From contig CM075992.1 of the NCBI GenBank assembly GCA_038087875.1, forward strand, positions 6,946,001-7,010,000: a stretch of 64,000 bases of DNA, given 5' to 3'. Source of the DNA: Malacoraja senta. Taxonomy: Eukaryota. Below the pieces are notes generated by a model. The model saw only the letters and a program-made list of their open reading frames with translations, was not told where the DNA came from and did no database searches. Of the stretch, positions 54,832 through 64,000 are shown piece after piece; position 1 is the first letter of the stretch, and the number at the start of each line of letters is the position of its first letter. The position numbers and the translations under genes were made by a program.

Positions 54832-55047
54832 GAAGGATTGCAGATGCTGGTTTCACCAAAGATAGACACAAAATGCTGGAGTAACTCAGCAGGACAGGCA
54901 GCATCTCTGGAGAGAAGGAATGGGTGACGTTTCAGGTCGGGCGGTCTGAAGAAGGGTCTCGACCCGAAACGTCACCCATTCCTTCGCTCCAGAGATGCTG
55001 CCTGTCCCGCTGCGTTACTCCAGCATTTTGTGTCTATCTTTAGCCAA
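54832..55047. mobile_element. Fold-back Penelope-derived element with an intact hammerhead and 11 bp TSD
   Basis: About 80 bp inverted arms; CAATATGCCAG at 54821-54831 and 55048-55058. Confidence 0.85.
54943..54976 (+). ncRNA. Minimal hammerhead ribozyme motif
   Basis: GGT-CTGAAGA-A-GGGTC-TC-GACCC-GAAAC-GTC-ACC; GGT/ACC can form stem I; predicted cleavage after C54973. Confidence 0.75.
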
Positions 55048-56389
55048 CAATATGCCAGCATGGACAAGGTGGGCCGAAGGGACTGTTTTGTTGCTGAACA
55101 GCTCTACGACTCTAAAATTACAGTATCTTCCTTAAACTCCTCCAAAATAGAGTTCAATGATTTTGTAGTTCGAATCAGTGAATAACTTGGAAGGTGGAAT
55201 GCCAGCCAATGCAGTGACAATGCAGGCACAGAGAGAATAGCAACAACACAGCAGTTACAGAAGCTGGTTTCAGCATAGCTGATCAAAGAAACCCTGTCTC
55301 ATTAGTCAGATAATCAAGAGATATTGATGCAATTGAGTAAATAGGCTATGAAGAGGAAAATGGATTTTAATGAGCTCTACATTTCAAAAGGACTCCTTTC
55401 TCTCAAATTCTGCACATGAATCCAAAATGGGAAGGTGAAAGGAAAGGGGGCAAGGTCAGAAATGAAAATAGATTCAGGGAAAAAAACCCTCTGGGAATAT
55501 TCAATGGGAATGGATTATTTAATTTCAATAATAAACTTTATTCATAAAAAATGTAAGAAATATGGCGGCACAGTGGCGCAGTGGAGGAGTTGCTGTCTGT
55601 ACGGAGTTTGCACGTTCTCATGGTGATGGTGGAGTAGAGGGATATGGGGAGAAGGCAGGAAGGGGGTACTGATCGTGGATGATCAGCCATGGTCACAGTG
55701 AATGGCGGTGCTGGCTTGAAGGGCCGAATGGCCTACTCCTGCACCTATTGCCTATTGTCTATTGTCCTGTATGGGTTTTCTCCGGGAGCTCCAGTTTCCT
55801 CCCACACCCCAAAGATGTGCAGGTTTGTAGGTTAATTGACTTTGCAAAATTGTAAATTGTTCGTAGTGTGTAGGATGTGAGCAGGTATTGCAGGTTGGTG
55901 CAGACTCGTTGGGTCGATGGGCCTATTTCCGCGCTGTAATTCTTAATTAAACTAAAATCAAAGCAGTGCATGGAAGCAGTGCATGGCTATCTTTACATTC
56001 AGTTAGTTTTGCTATTGGTTTATTATTGCCACATGTACCAAGGTACAATTCATAATATATCTGAGTGCCTCAGGTAGTGCCAAAGAGGAAACCAACAAAT
56101 TGCTGATTGTAGTGTGTAAGAAGGAACTGCAGATGCTGGTTTAAACCAAAGATAGACACAAAAGCTGAAGTAACTCAGCGGGACAGGCAGCATTCTCTAG
56201 AGAGAAGGAATGGGGACGTTGTATGAAGGAGGGTCTCGACCCAAAACATCACCCATTCCTTCTCTCCAGAGATGCTGCCTGTCCCGCTGAGTTACTCCAG
56301 CTTTTTTGTGTCTATCTTTGCTGATTGGAGTGTTACAACTGCAGAGAGATTGCAGGTAAAAAAGTACGAGGTTCGTAATGAGGTAGATT

Positions 56390-56790
56390 GGAAGATCAGG
56401 AATTCATTCCCAGCATATGCAAGGTCCATTGAAGAGTCTGATAAAGCTGGGGAAGAAGCTATTCTTCAATCTCATGTTTTCACGCTTTTGTATCTTCTGC
56501 TCGAGAGAGGAGAAGAGGGAATGGCTGGGGTGTGAGCGGTCCCTTGATTATGTTGGCTGTTTTCCCAAAGCAGCATGAAGTGCAGATGGAGTGTACGGGG
56601 AGGAAGCTGGGTTTGTGTGGAGGACTAGGCTGCGTTCTCAACTCTGCAATTACTTGTGGTTTTTGGATACAGCAGATGCCATATCAAGCTGCGATGCATC
56701 TGGATAGGATGCTTTCTATGGTGCATCTATAGAAATTGGTGAGAGTCATTGGAGACATGCCGAATTCCATAGCCTTCTGAAGAAGTAGAA
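56390..56790 (-). mobile_element. Rex1/Babar-like LINE fragment
   Basis: FGMSPMTLTNFYRCTIESILSRCIAA. Confidence 0.75.
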
Positions 56791-56995
56791 TCGTGGAGAT
56801 GTGCAGGAGGAACTGCAGATGCTGGTTTAAACTGAAGATAGACACAAAAAGCTGGAGTAACTCAGTGGAACAGGCAGCATCTCTGGAGAATGCCTGAAAA
56901 GGTTCTCGATCCAAAACGTCACCCATTCCTTCTCGCCAGAGATGCTGCCTGTTCCGCTGAGTTACTCCAGCTTTTTGTATCTAGAAAAGAAGAGG

Positions 56996-57306
56996 GGTGG
57001 CACGGTGGCGCAGCGGCAGAGTTGCTGCCTTCCAGCATTTACAGCGCCGGAGACCCGGGTTCGATCCCGACTACGGGTGCTGTCTGTACGGATTTTGTAC
57101 GTTCTCCCTGTGATCCACGTGGGTTTTCTCCGAGATCTTCGGTTTCCTCCACACTCCAAAGAAGTACATGTGGTTGGATAATTGACTTAGTAAATGTAAA
57201 AATTGTCCATAGTGTGTTGTAGGATAGTGTTAGTGCGGGGATTGCTGGTCGGCGCCGACCCGGTGGGGCCGAAGGGCCTGTTTCCTCGTTGTATCGCTAA
57301 ACTAAA
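56996..57306 (+). mobile_element. tRNA-derived SINE, full length
   Basis: Same consensus. Confidence 0.9.
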
Positions 57307-58127
57307 AGTAGTGCTTTCATAGCCATGAGTGTCAATGTGCTTGGACCACGTGACAAATTGTTAGTGATATTTTGGACCTGGGAACTTGAACCTCTCAACT
57401 ATCTCCACTTCAGCCCATTGATACAGAGAGGGTGTGTGTACTCCACCCTGCTTCCTGACCCGTTCCTTCTTGCTTGCTGACATTGAGGCAGAGGCTGTTT
57501 GTCTTGACACTTTGTGTGTTCTTCCAGTCCATTCATTCATTATATTATCAGGTTTATACAATTGTGGTGTCAGCACATTCTACGCACGAGACACCATTGC
57601 AACTTGTGGCATCGATTGCACAGTTCAAATGTTTGAGAGGCTTTTTACACAGGGCTTATCCCTCAATGCTGGAGGCAACAGGACTTTAGACTGCGGACCT
57701 TCCTCACAAAGCATTTTGCCTTGGCTGCTCCAAGCATGTTCCCTATGCCTGGGATATGGCAGACAACAACATTCCTCAAACAGAGGATGTTTTCCACTAG
57801 TGGGAGAGTCTAGGACCAGAGGTCACAGCCTCAGAATAATGGACATATCTTTAGGAAGGAGATGAGAAGGAATTTCTTTAGTCAGAGGGTGGTGAATCTG
57901 TGGAATTCATTGCCACAGAAGGCTGTGGAGGCCAAGTCAATGGATATTTTTAAGACGGAGATAGATAGATTCTTGATTAGTACGGGTGTCAGGGGTTATG
58001 GGGAGAAGGCAGGACGATGGGGTTGATGGGGAAAGATAGATCAGCCATGATTGAATGGTGAAGTCGACTTGATGGCCGAATGGCCTAATTCTGTTCCTAT
58101 CACTTATGAACTTACGGATTCCCTTAC

Positions 58128-58210
58128 AGCCATCTCGTACAGGAGGACCGACAGGTCTCGAGTAGACCACAGTCGGTCTCTCACTGGGCTGGTGGTCTCG
58201 ATGTGCTCCC
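58128..58210 (-). other. Candidate 83 nt exon ending ...GAGATGGCT (possible start codon, Met-Ala)
   Basis: Unique island. Minus acceptor CTGATCTACGTGCTGTTTCCAG|G, donor GCT|GTAAGG, ATG in strong context (G at -3 and +4). Confidence 0.35.
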
Positions 58211-59214
58211 CTGGAAACAGCACGTAGATCAGCGAGGGATGAACCTCGACAAAGACACTTGCATCAATCTCCAGACTTTCCTCGCAAATCCTTAGTCTGC
58301 AATGTGAAGGGGGCGATTCTTTCCTCCACTGCAGCCGGCCCGAGGGCAGCGTGCACTTTGGGGGAGACACCGACGGCGTAGCTTTTCCCTGTACCTCGGT
58401 ACACGTGACAATAAACAAAACTGAGTATAGTAGCAAGCAGTCTGAGGAAGGGTCCCGACCTGAAACATCTCCTACTTCTTCTCTCCAGAGATGCTGCCTG
58501 TGACCCGCTGAGTTACTCCAGCCTTTTGTGTCCATCTTCGGTTTAAACCAGCATCTGCAGTTCCTCCCGAAGCGTACTAGGGACCTGAAATGCCTGACTT
58601 ATATGCACTTCATAAATGGTCTTGGAAGCCACAGGGAGAACCTGATTTAGTTTTATTATTAATTTGTTACGTGTACCGAGGTATAGTGAAAAAGCTTTTT
58701 GTTGCGTGCTATCCAGTCAGCGGAAAGACTATACGTGGTTACAAGCAAGTAATCAGTGATGTGATGTGGGAGTGAATGGATTGTTTGCTGTTCTACAGTG
58801 ATTAAACCAGTCAGTCAACATCACAAATTGGACACAGTTCATTCACCGGAGCGCAAGGTTGGGAAAACCCTGCCTAAACTTTACTCTGGGCAAATGATAA
58901 CTTGCGCGCTGTACTCAAATCTGATCACCGAGAATTTATTCAAGCATTGGAAGCAGTGAAAAGAAGGGCTTTGTGCCCAAGATAGACACAAAGTGCTGGA
59001 GGAACTCTGCGGGTCAAGCAGCGTCTCTGGAGAAAAGGAATAGGTGACGTTTCGGGTCGAGAACCTTGTTCCGACTGAACCAGCATCTGCAAGGGATATG
59101 GATAGGACAGGTTTGGAGGGATATGCAGGCAGGTGGGGACTAGTGTAGCTGGGACATGTTGGGCGGTGTGGGCAAATTAGGCCGAAGAGCCTGTTTCCAT
59201 GGTGTTTAACTCCA

Positions 59215-60210
59215 TAACTATAATAATAATAATAATAGATTTTATTTTATATAGCGCTTTTCAGGACTCAAAGTCGCTTTACAATTGAGAGTCAGGAATA
59301 AACAAAACAAAATAGAGCAGTAAGACAGAGGGGAGGGGAACATGGACTAAGGGTATGCAGATGTGAAGAGATGGGTCTTGAGGCGGGACTGGAAGATGGT
59401 GAGGGACTCAGAATTTCGGACCGGTTGTGGGGAGGGAATTCCAGAGCCTGGGAGCTGCCCTGGAGAAGGCTCTGCCTCCAAAGTGCAGAGGTTTGAATTC
59501 GGAGTGGAGAGGAGACCAGCTGATGTGGATCTGAGGGACCGTGAGGGTTGGTAGGGGGAGAGGAGGTCAATGAGATAAGGGGGGGCCAGGTTGTTGAGGG
59601 CTTTGTAGGTGAGGACCAGGATTTTGTAGGTGATCCGGTGGGAAATGGGAAGCCAGTGAAGTTCTTTGAGAACTGGGGTGATGTGGTGCCAGGAGTTGGT
59701 GTGGGTAATGAGTCGGGCGGCTGCATTCTGGACCAGTTGGAGTCGTTTGATGCTGCTGGAATTGATTCCGAAAAGAAGAGAGTTACAGTAGTCCAGTCGG
59801 GAGGAGATGAAGGCATGGATGAGTCTTTCAGCAGCGGGGGGGGGGGGGGGGTGTGAGAGACGATCTGATTTTATGCAATGTTGCGGAGGTGAAAAATGAT
59901 GTTTTGACAACATGGCGGATGTGAGGCTCAAGGGAGAGGGTTGAGTCCAAGGATCACGCCAAGGTTGCGTGCCTGAGGAGATGGGGAGACAGTGGTGCCG
60001 TCGATAGTGAGAGTGGGGTTGTTGATTTTAGTGAGTGTTGATTTGGAGCCAATGAGGAGAAATTCTGTTTTGCTACTGTTTAATTTAAGGAAGTTGAGTT
60101 GCATCCAAGATTTGATGGCTGATAGGCAAGAGTTGATATGGGAGAGAGGGGGGTGGTGGGGGGGACTTGGTGCTGAGATAGATCTGGGTGTCATCAGCAT
60201 AGCAGTGGAA
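59215..60210 (-). mobile_element. L2-clade LINE 3' portion (RT, frameshifted) with (TTA)n tail
   Basis: YADDTQ motif at about 60203, SCLSAIKSWMQLNFLKLNSSKTEFLLIG, ARNLGVI, LIHAFISSRLDYCNSLL, LQLVQNAAARL, LHWLPI; 3' end AAAGCGCTATATAAAATAAAATCTATTATT. Confidence 0.92.
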
Positions 60211-60974
60211 GTCAGTTCCTTCCTTCAGAACTTTGTGCCTGGTGGGTATCATGGCCTTCTTCTGTGCTTTCAGTGGGCCCCAGTATTAAACTAGAGCAAA
60301 TAAGACATTGGAAATGTGATGGCTCGGCAGTTTTGTATCGTTCTTATCATTGTGTCAGAGCGAGGGGATTCAGATGTTATGAGAAGACTTCAGTAAACAG
60401 TCTCGGCCACAGTGTGCCAATAGTTGTTCAATCCAAACAGCCTGAAAGATACGAAGGGAGTTCCTCATACACAGTTTAACATTTATCCCACCACAAGAAC
60501 AGACGTACTGACTCGTCACTTATGGCATGTTGAACGAGCTGTGAGGAGAATGTGAGGAGCAAAACCACGTTCTCTGAGAACGTGAAAGTGGAACTCAGCT
60601 GAAAATATGATACAAAACATAGAAGGAAATTGCAGGAGGAGGCCATTCGGCCCTTCGAGCCAGCACCGCCATTCAATATGATCATGGCTGATCATCCTAA
60701 ATCTGTACCCCGGTCCTGCTTTCTCCCCATATTCCTTGATTCCATTAGCCCGGAGAGCTATATCTAACTCTCTTTTGAAAACATCCAGTGAATTGGCCTC
60801 CACTGGCTGAGAATTCCACAGATTCACAACTCTTTTATATGTTTCTATAAGATTCCCACATCCTTCTAAATTCCAGTGAATATAAGCCCAGTTGATCCAT
60901 TCTTTCATCATATGTTAGCCATGCCATCCCGGAAATTAACCTGGTGAAGTATTTGGAAAGGATGCAGAATAAAA

Positions 60975-61600
60975 TTCACCTGGATGTTACCAGGGTTTGC
61001 GGGCTTGAGTCGTAGGGAGAAGTTGGATAGGCTGGGACTTTTTTTCTTTGGAGTGTAGGAGGCTGAGGGGTGACCTTATTGAGGTGTACACGATTATAAT
61101 GGGCATGGATGAAGTGAACGCTCACAGTCTTTCCCCCCAGAGTAGAGAGTTCTACAACCAGAGGGCACAGGCTTAAGGCGAGAGGGGAGAGACTGAAGAG
61201 AGACCTCAAGGGCAACTTGTTCAACCAGAGGGTAATTCGTATCTGGAATCAGCTGCCAGAGGAAGCTATAACGTAGATATAATTATGACTTTTAAAAGAT
61301 ATTCGAACAAGTACATGGATAGGAAGGCACCAAATGCTGGCGTAACTCAGCGGAACAGGCAGCATCTCTGGAGAGAAGGAATGGGTGACGTTTCGGGTCG
61401 AGACCCTTCCCCCGAAACGTCTATCTTCGGTTTAAACCAGCATCTGCAGTTCCTTCCTACACATGGATAGGAAGGGTTTAGAGGGCTAGGGGCCAACATG
61501 AAATGCAAAAGGCAAACATTCCCTTATGCCAATTTGGTCGGCATGAACAAGGTGGGCCGAATGGCCTGTTTATATGATGCAAAGCTCTGTGACTCTATGA
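60975..61600 (+). mobile_element. Older CR1 fragment with a nested Penelope-derived insert (61328-61460, 15 bp TSD)
   Basis: ACATGGATAGGAAGG at 61313-61327 and 61461-61475. Confidence 0.8.
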
Positions 61601-62090
61601 CTAAAGGAGATCGGAGAGTGAAAAATAAAATGAAAGAAATATCAAACGATTTGTTTTAGAAAACAAACACGGGGACAACAAAGGCAATTCCTGTGAACTC
61701 CGGGGAGAGTTTTGCCCAAATGCAGCACGATTGTTCAAACTGACATCTAAAACCAATCTAAAATTCAGGGCAGGTTTGAAAACAAAAGTGAAGTCTTTTC
61801 TCCCAGCCCTGGGTGGGGTGGTTGGGATTGCTCGGGCTCTGTTCTTTGGCCACTACTTCTATTTCCATCACCGTTGGGTTCAGTTATTCCGGCTGACCCT
61901 GCTTCCCAACGACTTCCGAGCATTCAGTTGGGAATATCGATCACGTCCCCGTCTGTCGGGGGAGGACGAGGAGTCTAAATTCCGTCCAAAAACACTTTTT
62001 CTTGTTGCAAAACTTCCCTCTGCATCCTCTCTTTCTCTCTCTCTAAATTATATCCAGAAAGAACATTCATTCCCCAACCAGTCCACTCAC

Positions 62091-62560
62091 GGCGTTTAAA
62101 CTCCAAACAGATCGGCGAGCCACTTTAGACAAACAGTTTAATGTTTGGGGAACTAGCCGACTGCTATTTCTAAAGATACGTCCCGAGATTTTGACTGTAA
62201 ACATCCCAAGTTCACTCAAAACATCAAAGGCACAACTGTTTAATATCAACAACGCATCTTAAAGTTATTGCAAAGCTCTGGATAAATTCACGTATCAATT
62301 TGCTTCGAAACAAACGGTACTTTTAAAACTTCCACGACTTACATTAAAAGTTGACTCCCCAGCGCCGCAGTCAAATCCTCCTCCTGCTCCGACTTGAACG
62401 ATTCGTATTGCAAGCGGCCAATGCCGAGATGGCTTAGGGACTCTCTCTAAATTGCCTCATCTGGAACAAACGCACGACGTAGCCTTTCAGGATCCACAGC
62501 AACCAATGCACACGCCTTTTCCAGAGCTCCAAATCCCGGCCCCGTTTTAAATAGAGCTTT
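62091..62560 (-). promoter_or_regulatory. Candidate promoter and first exon in a repeat-free, CpG-enriched island
   Basis: About 1 kb without repeats (61610-62620). Minus donor GCC|GTGAGT at 62091/62090. CCAAT at about 62418 and 62503, TCF/LEF-type ACATCAAAG at 62221, FOX-type TGTAAACA at 62196. Confidence 0.35.
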
Positions 62561-62778
62561 CTGTCCAAAAGTAAACATTCAAGGAAGTAAACAATTTCAT
62601 TTTAGATTATGTCATGGGATCATAGGGAGATGGAGTACACAAACAAGCCCTTGCCAATTGCATTATTTATATTTACGCCTACATAAATCCTATTTTTAAA
62701 ATTATCTCAGCAACTCCCCCTAGATTCTACCTTACACACATGGGCAGTTTATAGCAGTCAATTCGTTTAGTATTAAAG

Positions 62779-62812
62779 GGTCTGAAGAAGGGCCTTGACC
62801 TGAAACGTCACT
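62779..62812 (+). ncRNA. Hammerhead ribozyme motif (variant stem II)
   Basis: GGT-CTGAAGA-AGGGCCTTGACCT-GAAAC-GTC-ACT. Confidence 0.55.
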
Positions 62813-64000
62813 TATTCTCTTTCTCCCAGACATGTTGCCTGATCCGCTGATTTACTCCAGCAATTTGTGTCTATCTTTAGTTTACTTTTGGTTCAAGTTT
62901 AGTTTATTGTCACATGTACCGAGGCACAGTGAAAAGCTTCTTTGCTGCATGCTAATTAGTCAGCGGAAAGACTGTACATGATCACCGCCCATAGTGCACA
63001 GATACAGGATAAAGGGAATAAAGTGTAGTGCAAGGTAAAGTTTGATTAAAGATATAGCCCGAGGGTCTCCATTGAGGTAGATAGTAGTTCAGGACTGCTC
63101 TCTAGTTGTTGGAAGGATGGTTCAGTGGCCTGATAACACCCGAATCTTATATGTTTTAATAAGATCCCCTCTGAATTAAAAAAGAAACTGTCCATGAATC
63201 TGGAGGTGTGCGTTTTCACACTTCGGTACCTCTTGCCTGATGGCAGTGGGGAGAAGAGGGGGTGTCCGGGTGAGATATGTCCTTGATTATCGACCCTTCA
63301 TTAACCAATCAACCTGCACATCTTTAGGTCGCGGGAGGAAATCGGAGCAACCAGGGGAAATCTGAATGTCACATTGAGAAAGCAAGAAGTCCACACAGAC
63401 AGCACTGGAGATCAGGATGGAACCTGGGTCATCATTGGTGGGACTGTGGCTCTACATACTGCGCTGCTGAGGCATTACCATGTGGAATCACATAGGCCAG
63501 CATGATATTTTTGCCCGTCAAGTCCATGCTAGCTTTTTGAAAGATGCAGTTATACCACTATCCTGTCCTTTCTTGCAGGTCCATTTTTTCTCTTTCCAAT
63601 GCACATCTAGTTTGATGATCCCTTCTTCTCCTGGTTTTTGTCTTTCCATGTGTTGTTCACACCGTTTCTCAGCTACCAAAGGGGCCAACACATTTCAAGT
63701 TATTGTCATTTGATCTAGAAGCCAGCCGATAGGTTTGTGCTTCCCACTTGGAAATGCGTGACACTCCATGTTGGGTCAGTAGTCCACTGGTTGGAATGTT
63801 CATCCATGTTCAGAATTCTTTCCATGAAGGACGTTGGTTTCACCTGCAGGAAGGTTGTTGTGCAAGGATATAGTCATAGAATCACACACCATGGAAACAG
63901 GCCCTTCGTCCAACTTGCGAGATCTGGGTGTCCTTGTTCATCCGTCAGTGAAAGTAAGCATGCAGGTACAGCAGGCAGTGAAGAAAGCTTCACAGGCATG

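Noticed and set aside
62196..62215. TGTAAACATCCC resembles the 5' end of miR-30
   Set aside because: The match stops after about 12 nt and I see no complementary arm for a precursor hairpin.
63073..63095. TGAGGTAG let-7-like starts (also about 13584 and 56380)
   Set aside because: Part of the Rex1/Babar-like repeat 3' region; the rest does not match let-7.

Overview
Repeat-dense vertebrate genomic DNA. The repeat complement (HE1/V-type tRNA SINEs, HER1-like CR1 LINEs, Rex1/Babar, L2, RTE and Penelope fragments) points to a cartilaginous fish, probably a skate, ray or shark (inference). I recognise no intact protein-coding gene. The long ORFs in the track are microsatellite translations or decayed retroelement fragments. 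Several minus-strand splice signals in the unique islands suggest the window may be the 5' and intronic part of a large minus-strand gene whose promoter lies near 62.1-62.5 kb; this is low confidence and the gene is unidentified. Two mobile systems stand out. (1) Roughly 25-30 short (about 65-250 bp) copies of a Penelope 3' end. Many carry a minimal hammerhead ribozyme (CTGAAGA-stem-GAAAC-GTH), several have 10-16 bp target-site duplications, many are fold-back pairs, and at least two begin at the predicted self-cleavage site. (2) Six MITEs in three sequence families share CCTGTCCCA-type terminal inverted repeats and mostly TWA flanks (PIF/Harbinger-like). Three of them, one from each family, sit at the same TAA of the ribozyme-bearing element, beside a motif resembling their own TIR. 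The window also holds a 1.6 kb perfect (CA)n that is probably an assembly artefact and a 200-N scaffold gap. Repeat boundaries are read by eye and approximate unless a TSD is cited.
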